Shown here piece after piece: positions 25,201 through 37,900 of a stretch of 64,000 nt of DNA. This DNA is from Amphiscolops sp. MND2022. Its lineage: Eukaryota. The translations under genes and the position numbers were made by a program. Numbering within the stretch: position 1 is the stretch's first letter; each line of letters starts with the position of its first letter. Location of the stretch: positions 65,226,001-65,290,000 of the forward strand of contig OZ076409.1 of NCBI GenBank assembly GCA_964187785.1, in the 5' to 3' direction. The notes beneath the pieces are model-generated. The model saw only the letters and a list, made by a program, of their open reading frames with translations, did not search any database and was not told where the DNA came from.

Positions 25201-26216
25201 ACTGAATTTCACCAGATTGTTTTGGCTTGATTCCGCGTTTTACTGTTTTTTGTTCCGCCGGTAGCGTTGAGGGCCCTTGTTCGGTCTCCGATTCTTCGGG
25301 GGGTATCTCCTCACGACTTTGGGTGGCTTCGAGGGGGGCATCGTCTGTTGTTTTAGGGGAAAACAGGAGGAAATCATTTTCGATGATATCGTCGAGCACT
25401 GGCATGGTGGACTCAGACCCAGCTAAATCGTCTATAATTGCCTGTGTAAGAGGCCCTGGTGCTGGTAAACCGAAACTGAGGTCTAAATTTAAGTTTTCTG
25501 GACTAGATTCTCGCAATTCTGATTGTTCTAATTCTTTTTCCGGTGAATTTTTCAGGATTCGACCAGATCTAAGTATTCTAGCCATCACGTGTCTATATGT
25601 AACCAAAAGGTGAACAAAGAGTGATTATAGGAATTTTAAAATTTCTGAATAAAAATTGAAAACGAACGCAATGATTTGTATTGAATGAAGTTATGAAATG
25701 AACGTTACGTCATGCGGCAGCTTTGTATAAATTACAGTTGTCTGATTACGTCACACAGGTAGTGTTATGGCGGGGAATGTTGATGACGTCACTAGCCAGA
25801 GAGTGTCTAATTACGTCATCGTTATTTACCTGTTCCGCTTATGCGACGAGGCTGCGCAAGTGTATGCGGCAATCATTTCCGGAATGCTTTTGAATGAATA
25901 CCTTTCCGTAATGCTGGAAGTTTCCTATATATGACTTTTTGTAGTACCACTCTATGGCTAACCTGAATTCAGGCCTTGGACACTCTATGGCCACAAAATT
26001 GGCCGTTGCTTAAACCATAGAGCCTCCCACAATTATTAGGATAATTAACAAGACTCGATAAATATTAAGATTCAATGATAAAACGATTTCAAAAAGATTT
26101 AAGAAAATGCGACGGTTTATAGAACGTAATCACCGACGACGAAACTTCTGACGACGACATTTCTGGCGACGAAATTTCTGACGACGAAATTTCCGACGAC
26201 GAAAATTCTGGTAATC
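22225..26216. mobile_element. 3992-bp DNA element with inverted terminal arrays of a 15-bp repeat and an 8-bp TSD, carrying a tyrosine-recombinase gene
   Basis: GAAATTTCGTCGT-type repeats at 22232-22300 and their reverse complement (about 5 copies) at 26134-26210. GCTAAAAT flanks both ends (22217-22224, 26217-26224). Confidence 0.75.
23350..25585 (-). pseudogene. Zinc-finger plus tyrosine recombinase (Crypton-like YR) gene, about 745 codons, with two frameshifts and one in-frame stop
   Basis: Joining ORFs 25112-25606, 24249-25202, 23595-24155 and 23350-23598 gives CPIC..RQHL..SH and CAEC...RHL fingers, then YR-like motifs in canonical order: ANWRVG (R), DHKTG (K), NSCRK (HxxR-like), AHSEKTREKHY (H...Y). 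Lesions at about 25135, 24249-24251 (TAA, same frame continues) and about 23650. Confidence 0.75.
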
Positions 26217-26838
26217 GCTAAAATCATTAAAAGGCCCCTATTTCAATGCGAATTTTCTGCGCGATAAAATAGGGGCCTTTTAAATGATTTTAACTGCAGT
26301 CACTGTAAAAGATAGGAATATGTCGACATCATGTACTTTACTGGACACCAATTTCATCGCAAACGATGTCGACATTATGGTATTTGAATCTTGTGTCTTA
26401 TTCCCCCCTGCTGCGGGGGGATAAGACACATTGTCCGATTTCACTTTTATTCAAGCTAACTAGGAAAATGTTCGAAATATTCCTTCAAAAAATCTCGATG
26501 GGGTTAAAAAAAGCGTTGATCTTTTCTTGGAAAATTACTGCAAACACGGAACCGGTGAGGAAAGTTTCGATGATCGATATCAAAAGATGAATTGCGGAAG
26601 GATGCAAGGTGCTCCGTTTTTTAGGTAAATTTCAAACACAAAAGTTCCAGATCAGAAGTGTTCTGGACTTTGATATGAATCACAATGGTAACTTTTTGTT
26701 TGATCGAAAAAAAACCAATTACGTTCATTCGTATTTCTGTGAACTTCGACAATTTTCGAGTTTTTTCCTTGAACTTTTTCTTACCGGTAATGTCACACAT
26801 GTAGCTCAAAAATGTTGTTAGTTTACAAATTACAAACC

Positions 26839-27291
26839 AACAAGACGGAAACATCTCAAGTCGGCGCTATATAAATGGCTCAAAAAGCGCAAATTTGAAA
26901 TATGCGTAGGACGTTATCATGAAAAACCCTGTTTTCGGACCCGCCTCCTTAAAAAAAACGCAATATAGTTCGGATATAACGACAAAGTTTGCATATAGCG
27001 CTTAACTCCGGATATCACGAGGGGGACTTCAATAAAATCGAAGGGGGACCACAGCACGGAACAAAATTGAAAAGGGGGACCCTTTAGTCTCATCCAGTTT
27101 TGTATGTTACGTTCAAAAAGTGAAAACTGAAAAGAGGGACCCTTTGCGATGACTTAGATGCGTTTCCCAGGTTTTCGTTTAGTTGAACAAACTGAACAAA
27201 AATTTCGTCGCTCCGTGTCTGTCTTTAAAAAAAAGAAAAACGAGTGACTGTAGTAGTCGGGCTCTTTTATAGAGAAAGCGCCGACTAAAAA
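26839..27291 (-). mobile_element. HINE/DINE-1-like non-autonomous repeat
   Basis: On the minus strand it starts TTTTTAGTCGGCGCT, carries the subterminal inverted copy AGCGCCGACT plus a small hairpin, and ends CTTGTT. Internal AAGGGGGACC units. Same family as 42218-43073. Confidence 0.65.
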
Positions 27292-27299
27292 TAATAACG

Positions 27300-30200
27300 G
27301 TTCCTTTATTGTTTGTAAACAGCTTTGATTACAATTGCTGTAGCTCTTTATTCCTCTTCTATTATTGGAGAAGAATCATTCAACAAGCATTCGTCACTAG
27401 AGTGTCTAGTTGTGTGGTCGGTGAGCCGTCATCTGAAGTGTTCGTTTATTCACAGAAGTGCTCGAATTTCTGATCAAGTCTCCGTTGGTGGATTCTTCAG
27501 GATTTGTGCCGGGGTTACTGGTGGGGTTCGCTGCTCCACTACAGTATTGGTTCCGACATTTCCATGAGCGAGGTTAGACTCAGTTTTTTTGCAGTTTTTT
27601 GTAATCATTTTGATAGATTGGATTTTTCAGTCTCACAATTAGATTTGTTTTCGTTGATCTTTTTGACCAACGTAAACTAGTTTTTTCTAGTGGTTATACT
27701 TCACTTTCTCTGTTTGTGCCAGAGATAAGGTTTCTAACTAGTTCTGATTTTGTTGAGTTCTGTTTCTTTTCGGCCGCTTTCCCACAAAGACAAGTAAATA
27801 CTTTTCCATTTTCATATCTGATATGTATTTCCTGTCCTGAGAATTGTGCATCTTGAATTGTGTGATCCTTGTCGAAATCTCACATTCGGTCTGTATGTAT
27901 CCTAAGCGGTTCCAGCTTTGGACTTGTTGATTGTATGATTTGCCTGGTGTCCTCTCTGGCGAGACAGATTTTACGTTTTCTGATCAATCGTATGCGGCCT
28001 CTACCCTGCATACCCACTTGTTATGTGGCCGGTGATTTTGGGCTGGTTTCAAGCTTTTTTTTGGTTTTGGCACCTCTGGCGATTCTTTGAATGTGTCCGT
28101 TGTTGTCCTGTTTTCCTTTTCCTCGAATCTGCCATCCGGTGTTCTTGGCCAAGTGCATCTGTTTGTCGTCTCCTGTTCAAATGGTTTGATATCAATACCT
28201 AATAATTTACGGCGTATGATTTTTCCCGGAAAGTGTCACGGTATACATGGTCTTTTCAATTGTCTACACTGATGCTTTGGTTCAAAGGAGTTAAACGGAT
28301 AACTATTTACTGCCTTTCTGCCCTTTTTCGGAACTACCACGTTCTCCACTGAATGTGTGAAAAGGTTCGACGTCTTGTTTTGCAGAAGAAGAACTCGTGA
28401 ATTGTTCTCTTGAGGATACTACTCCGAGCACTTCTAAGTCGGTTGGCGTCTGAATGTACGGTCTTCCGTACACCAGCAAAGTATTAGAATATAGGGTTTT
28501 AGTTGAGGTTGGTTCAATGTAATCCAATTGGATTTCATCATGTTGTGCGCTTGATGGCGGTAGGCAATGTTGTTCCGCTTTCGGTATTTTAGGTTTAAGA
28601 TAATTACCGGAAAATTTGCATGATATAAAGCTTTCACAATTCCTCTGGATCGCTTGACAGTGTTGGCTACTAGAAATGTTCTGCTGCAGGAGTCGATTTG
28701 TCAACGGTTGTACGCCCTTTGTGGACTAGTGGTGCTTTTTACCGTACGGAGATTCGTAGGTACCGCTATCTTTTCTTCGAAGAATATCAGTCCCTACGTG
28801 TTACAGCTTTTCTTGTGTTGGAAATGTTTCTCTGGAAAATTTTTGTGTTGCTCTCTCTCCAGGCATACTAATGTTTTTAATAGTTTCGGGTCGTTTGTTT
28901 TTTTCCGTCATTAGCAGTTGCAAATCTGTGGTGAGCTCTTCTACCGTTTCCCTGACGGAGTTCTAAAGATCCCAGATGTTGGTTTCAATGACTTTCACTT
29001 TTGATACACTGCACTGCACTTTTTACACCGATATACGTCGCCCAGTTGATGATGCTTTTAACTATGACGTTGCTTCCTTCAAGTCGCTTGGAAGTTCTCC
29101 GTCTTTCATTCCAGTAGGTTCTGGTTGGGCTCGGTTATTCTTCTGGCTTCTGGCAAAATGATGATGTCCGAGGCGTGAAAAATCCTTTTGGAAATTTGAG
29201 GGTTGATGAGAAGTGCCAGTCGGGGAAGTTGTTTCGACGGTTCTGTTAGTTGATTTGCGCAGCTGGGTTTTCTAGTCTGCGAATAATTTCGCTGATGCTT
29301 TTTGCTATCACTTTCTCCTCGAAGGAATTTTGGCTCGTGGTATTTTTTTGATCTGTCATTTGAGTTTCGGTATACGCCTAGTTTTACAATGTTTCGTCAC
29401 TGCCCTACCGGGTCCCTTGGCTCTTGGGAAGACTCATTTGTTTCTAAATTGCCAAAGGTACTTGCAACCATTGCTTTTGAAATGTTATCAGTGGTAATAA
29501 GTCATTAGATTGGATTGTTTGAGATGCTGCTACTTTTGGTACGTTTAAGGCATTTAAAGGCAATTTTTCACGCGTTTTGTTTGGTGGCCGTTTATTGTTT
29601 GTTATCACAGCGTGTTTTGGTTCGTTGCCGGCTTGTGATTGATTGAAATGGTTGCTAAGGTGACCGAAATTTGAAAGAAATTTGTAGTGCGTTACTACGG
29701 TCTATATAACGTAGTCATCTTCGTGCGCTTCGTCTGCAAGTGCCGGTGCGCTTGGATTTCTACTCTAATAATCCGTGAGTGCTAGAAGTTTTCCCGAGAT
29801 GTAATTTTTTTAACTGTATAATTAGCTAATCGGTCCAGCCAGCATTTCAAACGGGCAATGTGTTTTGTTTGAACAGTTGCGTTATAAAAGCGGTTCCAAT
29901 AAAAGCTTTAATGGTTTGCCGGAAATGCGAAAAGTTGGGACCCGCGAACTACCGCCAGTAGTTTAAATTCAATAATGGCGTGTTTTTTCCGATGTCGGAA
30001 AAATCTGCTTGCAAATGCTGTCAGTTTGAGGTCGCCGTTTATTTGTTCTTTCCATAACGTGGCACCTAAACATTTTGTTTTACGTCTGTAGCTGTCGTAT
30101 TAGGAAGGCGAGAACTCTAGTGTGCCAAGTACGTTTTTTTCGTGATTTTTTCCAAAGTTAATAAACGCTTCCGAATGTTCTGTTGTCCAGTTCCAAGTTT

Positions 30201-31418
30201 TTTTCTTCTATAACAGTTGCCTCAGTAAGTTTGCTTGTGCTGAAAATTTCCATGTAACAATTGTAATGTTTGTTATTTTCGGTAAAAAAATTGATTCTTG
30301 TTTTGTAAAGCCCTTGGGTTGCTTTTAGTATGTGTGCCGTGTTACGGTCTGCTTCCAATTCGATCGATTTTATGCCCTTTCCATTCGGTTTCAGTTTTGA
30401 AAATTTCCGCTTTGTTTTCCCTCAATCTACACTTTTTTTATTTGTTAATATGTGCATTAACTTGCGCCTGTGTTGCTCTTTCGCTCCCTTTTGTAACCAC
30501 TAGAATGTCAACCACTTATGCCGGATGTATATTCTCAAGAGCTTGGTCGATCTTCTCTTGGAATATGGCCGGTATATCTGCTAAAGCGCAAAATCTTTTC
30601 AGGAATCTATAACAGACGGTAATGTTGCCTCCCGTGATTGCGAATATGCACAAATCCATTGCCTCCTTTGACAACGGTAAATGACCGTATGCGTAATCCA
30701 AAGCAAACTGTGAGGTCCAAATTTCATCTGTTACTGTGTCAGTGGTTTTTCTTGACATCCAGGTTTTCAGCTACTCCATACATAGCATTCACAGTTATTC
30801 CATTGAGCGTCCGTGAAAGGCTATTTTTATTATGTTCTCTAAAGTTATTACGGTAGGACGGACGAGCAGTTTCTGTCGATGCTCATTGCCATTTCAATGT
30901 GGCCAGTATTCTGCAGTTTCTCGATTTTTCTACTGCCTGCTCGTTTCAAATCAATCGATATTCGTCGGTCATTTGTTGTATTAACTGCGTCTTGATTTAA
31001 CTGGTGATCCACCTCTATTCCTTCTACAGTGTTGTTTTCATTGAATAGTATTTAGAATTTTCTTTCCAGATCTGGTATTCCGTGATCTTCGTGGATATCT
31101 GTAGTTTGTTTTCGTTGTATCCATATTAATTGCTTGAGGCTTCGTTTTGTCTAATCCGAGTAGTAGGTAAGTTCGTTCTGTTGTCATCAGTAGTACGAGT
31201 TTCTTTTTCTCTTTGGATTTGGCTACATTTTCCACTGTCTAGCTTTCGAATTTATATTCGTTATCCTTAAGGTCTACGTACTCTGTTTGTAATGAATGTT
31301 TTGGTGTAAGTCCATTTAAATTGAATTTTGGAATTGATATACTGAAACTGGTAAGTCATTGTCAAATTTGAAGTTGATTGTGCGCTTTTCAACCCATACC
31401 GCTGTAAATTAAGAAATA
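27300..31418 (-). mobile_element. Decayed Gypsy pol remnant, target of the BEL insertion; probably continues at 39209 to about 39800
   Basis: RT-like 'LDYAYGHLPLSKEAMDLCIFAITGG...YRFLKRFCALADIPAIFQEKIDQAL' (30516-30758) and fragmentary RNase H/integrase-like pieces resembling the 1-5985 element. Boundaries are approximate. Confidence 0.7.
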
Positions 31419-31423
31419 CTGTC

Positions 31424-31721
31424 TGTTGAAAGTGACTTCCAAATTCCGCATGAATGAAAACTCATGAATGAAAAACTAGTGACTTGAGACTTGAAACTGC
31501 TGAACAAATGTCTTGAAACTGTTGAAAACTTTCTGATATCTCTAAAATTTGATGAAATTCTTTCGTTACTCCGATTTTCATCTCACAGCAAAGCAAACTG
31601 ACCCAGATTTCTGAGACGGGTCAAAATTCGTTGTTTTTAAATTTTCTTTGTCCCCCTCAGAAATCTGGGCCAAATCGGTAACCGGCCGTCAACTGAAACC
31701 AACGAAACAGCATTTTTTCCA
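31424..31721 (+). repeat. BEL/Pao 5' LTR
   Basis: TGTTGAAAG...TTTTCCA, direct repeat of 38906-39203. Confidence 0.95.
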
Positions 31722-31736
31722 TGGTGCCGCGACTAG
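31722..31736 (+). promoter_or_regulatory. Primer-binding site, tRNA-His-like
   Basis: TGGTGCCGCGACTAG directly after the LTR; resembles the complement of the metazoan tRNA-His 3' end (TGGTGCCGTGACTCG). Confidence 0.7.
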
Positions 31737-31905
31737 TGTGAAGTTCCCTTTGGACCTTTTTAGCAGTTTGGAGCAGTCGTCCTCTGGAGTTTTGTCATCT
31801 ACAATAACCCGGTGAGCTTGTTCCAAAAAAGCACGCTTCACGTGCGAAGGGTTTTTTTATTTTGCAATTTTAAACCATAGTTCAATTCAAGTGACAAAAT
31901 TCATT

Positions 31906-34900
31906 ATGTCAAAAAAACTGCTGCGAAGCAGAAACTTACTAAAAGAGGAGCTCGAAGAGGCACAAGAAAGGCTCTTGTCTTATGTCAGGCGGGTTGGACG
32001 ATATGTTCAAGTTGAAAAACAATTGAAAACATGTCAAGAGATACTTTCACGGGCTGTTGAGAAAAACCTTCAACTAATTGAAAGCGCTGAGCAAGAATCC
32101 GAAAAGGAACTATATCGGCAATGGATTAGCAAAACTACTGACGAAAATGATGCATTTTGTGCTCAAGCTAGAGAATACTTGAAACAGTCGAAATCAACCA
32201 GTGATACGCTCAGCAGCATAGTCAGAAAGTCGACAAATTCCACAGCATCGTCGGAAAAACTCCGACTTGAAGCTAGCTTACGTCTACAAGAACTAGAACG
32301 GCGAGCCGAAGAGAACATTCGTCTTGCTAAAGCGAAAGCTGACTTAGAGTTGATGCAACTAGAAGAAGAAAACCGACGGCAAGTAGCAGATGCCAAAATT
32401 CTTGAGGAGCTACTGGAATTTGACGAAACTATTTCTAAGAAGAAATCGAGTAGTACGTCTTACAAATCATCTACTCAGCGAACTGAAAATTGGGTAACTG
32501 AAGTTGCAGAAACATGTTTTCAACAACCAAGGGTTGATACCGAAATCAATCCAATCGTCACCGAAGTCGTTCATGTGAACGCTAACTCAGTCCCGGAAGA
32601 TGTTCATAGAGTAAGATCAGTTCTAGTTAGTCAACCAGTCTCCGCTTCTACGCAGTCTCAAGGTACTTTGCCTGATTTGGAACGGATCCATCTACACAAG
32701 GAGGCCCAATTCGCCTCTCAAGCCAAGTCATTTCACGTACAAAAACCCATCTCACTATTTGACGAAGCCCTCTCCGACGTGTCTCTTACAAAGAACAATT
32801 TCAGGAAATTTACAGAAAACGAGCCTTTCGAAAACAACCAAAAGTCAACTCCATCGCATCAGCATACATCACTTCGCGATGGGAATGGCCACGACAGTCC
32901 TCAGACAAATGTGAGCGTGAGGCCTGTCATACACGAAAGTCTTTGGCCGCAGACTAACATACCAGAAAAGGCAGAAATCTTCAATCAGCAATCGACCAAA
33001 AAACCGCCAACAGCTGTTCCAGAACCTCCCGCAACACGTATTACAGTTGACGATTTTGCAGCAAGCAGTCATGTTCATAAAGTTTTGCCCTCAAATGAGC
33101 AACCGAAGCATTTAAACGTGTGCACCGCTCCCTGTTATAGCAATTTTCAGCCGATATCTCAACACAACGTTGATCAACCGTCAAAAACAACTTGTTTTTC
33201 GAACCTGTTTCAAGCCCAACAGCCAATCCTATACAACACTTCTCATCAACAATCAGCCGCTTCTCATCCATCAGTTTCCTACCGACAAGAATCTGTTCAG
33301 CCGATAGCAACTACTTACCAACCGTTAAGTTCTTATCAACCAGCGCTTGATATACCGACTTTCAACTCAAAACTTTCAGTTCCTTACCGCCAAGAAGCTG
33401 ATTGTCTCTTCCGAACCGCCCATCAGACACCAGTTGCTCACCGTCAAGTAAGTGAAGAACATCGCCCAAACACCCATGCTAACAGTCACAACTCATGTGG
33501 TAACCCTACTACCGTCTATCAACGCCCAGCTGTTTCTTACCGACAAGGAACCGACAACCCGCAAACAGTACCATCAACTTTCAACTTAGCCGAACTTCTC
33601 GCTTTTTACAAGCGGGATCCATTGCCCGAATGGAAGTTGAGTTGCTTCGATGGAAACCCTCTGGATTGGTTCGAATGGTTTGGCTAATTCAAAAGTGCCA
33701 TCGATTCTTCTCACCTCTCGAATGATGTCAAATTAACTTACCTGAAAACGTTAGTTTCGGGGAAAGCTAAAGCCGCTATTCAACAGTTCGCCTACTGTGG
33801 AACAATGTACGAAGAAGCACTTCGAACCTTGCAAAGGAAGTTTGGACAACCACAGGCAGTTGTGTCAGCATACTTGGAGAAACTTTCAAAGTACCCGCCC
33901 GTGAAAATACACTCATCGGAAAGCATCATAGACTTCGCTACAACGATGGGAAGTCTTGTTGGTGTTTTCAAATCTCTTGGATACGAAGCCGATTTGAACA
34001 GCACCAGCCTTTTGAATCAAGCTGTAGCAAAACTTCCACCAAACCTCAAAGAAGCATGGTCTTTTTTCACTGTCAAACAGTCTCTAGAGCGACCGTCACT
34101 TCAAGAGTTCAACACATGGCTTCAGCAGAAAGCCGAAGCTCATGATCGCATGCAGACTGTTCACTCTCAGCCGTCGTCGTCGCCAATCTACAGCAAGCAG
34201 CCGAGCCAATTACCCCAGCAGCCGAAGATCAAATTCACCAAGTCTTTCTCGTCATCCACAAAAGAGAAACACGAAAACAGCGACTATCAACAACACCTCT
34301 GTCCTATGTGTTCAGGAGCTCATTTGCTGTATCGCTGCAGCAAATTCCGCAACCAAACTCCAAACGAACGCATCAGGTTTGCAGTTGAGAAAAAATTGTG
34401 TTTCTCATGCCTACAAGGAACACATTCATTCCGCCAATGCCCTACGAAATACTCGTGTCCAAAACAAGGATGCAAAAGTTCTCACAGTGTTTTGCTTCAT
34501 GGGGCAGAACGCGTGTTCTCAAAGTCAACATCATCAGGACCGCAGCTACAAAACACAGAAGAATCTTCATCGAAGAACTCTACAATCGCAGCCGCAAAAA
34601 CCTGTAAAGGTCTTCTGCAGATAGCAGAAGTTACCATCTCGTATAAGGGTAGAAATCGAAGAGTCCTTGCGATGCTGGATTCTGGAAGTACCCACACTTG
34701 GATCGCCGAAAACATTGCCGAAGAACTCGGTCTGCCCGGAGAAGAGCAGACCATTCGACTTTTTGGCATCAACAACGAAGAAGACTTACCAACAAGACGC
34801 GTAGTTTTCAACGTCACCGCAGCACATCCTAGTGATATGCAACCTTCCTCACATGAAGTCTACGCTTACACAAAAGCCAACCTTAGCATTGGTAAGGATT

Positions 34901-37900
34901 CATATAATGTCACAACCTTGAAGAAGACATATCAACAGCTGAAACCGTTGCCAAACGTCGTCGTCAACTACCAAGACGTTGTCCTACTTCTTGGTCACGA
35001 TGCCTACGAGTGCATCCAACCACTTGAATACAGAGCCGGTCAGCCAAACCAACCTATCGCAGTGCGCACAGCCCTTGGCTGGGTCCTGAGTGGTCCTGTA
35101 TCCAATCAAGCCTTGAAAGAATGTTCCACCTTTAAAGCCGTCACCACTGAAGATCAACACCTAGCCAACCAGGTTCATCATTGGTGGGAACTAGAGTCGT
35201 ATGGTTCCAGCAAAACTGGTGACTCACAATCATTGGAAGATCAATATGCCTTGAAGATTTTGGAAGCTACAACATATCACGATGGAAGCCGCTACGTAGT
35301 GGGAAAGTTGTGGTCTTCTGAAGCGTCCTCTTTGCCGAACAATTATTACTACGCCTTAGCCCAGCTTCGATCTTTGGAGAAACGCTTTGACCGAGACCCA
35401 GCTCTGAAAGAAAGATATGCCAACACAATCAAAGAAGACATACAGAAAGAATACGTGATAGAAGTACCATCTGCAGAAATTTTTGAAACAACGTCTCCTC
35501 GTCAATGGTATTTACCTCACCATCCAGTACAACACCCGCTCAAACCGGACAAAGTTCGCCGAGTACTAAATGGAGCCGCAAAATTCCGCGATGTTTCGCT
35601 AAACTCAGCCCTGCTTCGTGGACCTGTTCTTCTGCAAAATTTGCTACAAATTTTGTTAAGGTTTCGACAACACCAATTTGCCGTCTCAGCTGACATAGAA
35701 GGAATGTTCCTTCAAGTAGGAGTACCAGAAAAGGACCAACCGTCTTTACGATTCCTCTGGAGAAAAACTCCCTCAGAAGTAATCAAAGTCTACCAGTACA
35801 CACGTCACATCTTTGGTGCAAAGGACAGCCCAACTTGCGCCAACTACGCCTTGAACAGAACTGGCCTGGACAACGCAGCCAAGTTTCCTGAAGCAGCAAT
35901 CGCTGTGAAACAAAATTTTTACATGGATGACTATTTAGATTCGCGTCCAACTTTGGAAGGAATTGAGTCACTGGCGAAAGATCTCATCCAACTCCTTTCA
36001 ATTGGGGGCTTCAAGCTAACCAAGTGGATCAGCAATGCCCCACTGCTAGCAGACCGCCTCAACACTTTCGCCGATTCATATCACAACCGACAAACACAAT
36101 TGATTCCTTCCAGCTCGATAGAAGAAGATATAGACGAAACCCGAAGAAACACGATGTCATCCCCACGACAGAGAACCAGCAAATCCACACAACTTGAATC
36201 CTCTAAAGTATCTTCAGCCAGTCCGAGATACCACACTACAAGACATAGTACGTTAGAAGTTAAAGCAATGGAAAACCTAACAGCAGTGGAAAAGATGCCA
36301 TTGGGAGACGCAGTCAACAATTTACCGTCAGAAGCCAAACATGCCACGTGGCCCGAGTCAACAAAAAAAAGCAATGCGAAGATTGTCCAAGTTCAGCCTC
36401 AATAGTATCACCCGCAACTCCAGCAAACCCATCCGTGCTAGGTTTGCGTTGGAATACCGATCAAGACACCCTGATTGTTAGTCGTGGAACTACTCCAGAC
36501 TTGATAGGAAAGACAATTACCCAGCGACTTGTTCTTAGTACCGTATCTTCAGTTTTTGATCCCATCGGACTAATTGCCCCGTTCACCATACGAGCCCGTC
36601 TACTCTTGAAACAACTCTGGAAGAGCACCGGTCAACAATGGGACGAAGAAATACCCGAAGATTCACAATCAGAGTTCCTGGAATGGTGTTCTGAACTTGA
36701 GAACATTTCAAAAATTGCAGTACCCAGAGCCTTTTTCAGTGAGCCGAACGGACAATACGAGCTTCATGTTTTTGGCGATGCGTCAGCTGAAGCTTTCGCC
36801 GCAGTCGCCTACCTTCGACAGCCAGCTAGTAAGGGAGATGAAACAAGCCAGACAGCTTTCATAATTGGAAAAGCCAGAGTGGCCCCAATGAAACTGCTAA
36901 CTATTCCCAAACTAGAACTTCAAGCTGCTTTGCTCGCATCGCGTTTGAAACGTTTCGTCGAAGATTCACTAACGATACCTATCAACAAAGTCAACCTGTG
37001 GACCGACAGTACCACCGTTTGCCAATGGATTCGAAGTTCTGCTTTAAAACACCCAATTTTCGTCGCAAATCGCCTTTCAGAGATTCTAGAGCTTACATCA
37101 GTAGATCAATGGAAGTTTGTTCCTGGTAGCCTCAACCCTGCCGACTGTTCTACTAGGGGATTCCCTGCAAACAGACTCAATAACTGTTCGTGGATTCATG
37201 GTCCATCCTTTTTGAAAGAAGAGTTCATACCAGACTTTGAAGTTTCAACGACTTCCACAGTCACAAATCCCAACTCTCAGTTCCAAGCAGAAGAAATTTC
37301 GTCTTCAGAGAAAACATGTTTGAAAGAATCAGAAGAAGAAGAAAAGGAAGAAGAAGAAAAAGAGAAAGGACTTTCAGCACCTACGATGCCCAGAGAAATA
37401 GTTTCTGCCGCGCTTCAAGCTAATTATAAGCCACAAGTGGTTCCTTGGAATCGTTTTAGCAACTACAATAAACTAAAACGAGTTTTTGCATACATTTTGC
37501 GCCTACTGCAAAGTCATTATATGTTCCGACAAACTACGAAAATTTTACACCCTGAAGAATACTTAGCCGCCGAGAAACGAATTTTCATTCTTTCTCAGAA
37601 GGAATCTTTCGCCGAGGAACTCAAGCACCTACGGAAGAATCAAAGTCTCTCGAGATGTAGCCGTATCATCAAGTTCAATCCCTTCCTAGGAACCGACAAC
37701 CTTCTGCGATCAACTGGTCGCACATCACGAATGAAAGAAATACCTTTCGAAGTAAAACATCCAATCATTTTGGACAGCCGACACCCTGCGGTATGCCTAC
37801 TTCTGCAACACATACATCAGATTCATCTTCATCAAGGGGTGGAATACTTCCGCTCCGTAATTCAACAAGATTATGCAGTACTCCGCCTTAGGTCAGCCCT

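Noticed and set aside
26219..26292. Hairpin as a terminator or RNA gene
   Set aside because: An inverted repeat is present, but it appears to belong to the sequence into which the 22225-26216 element inserted; there is no evidence for an RNA gene.
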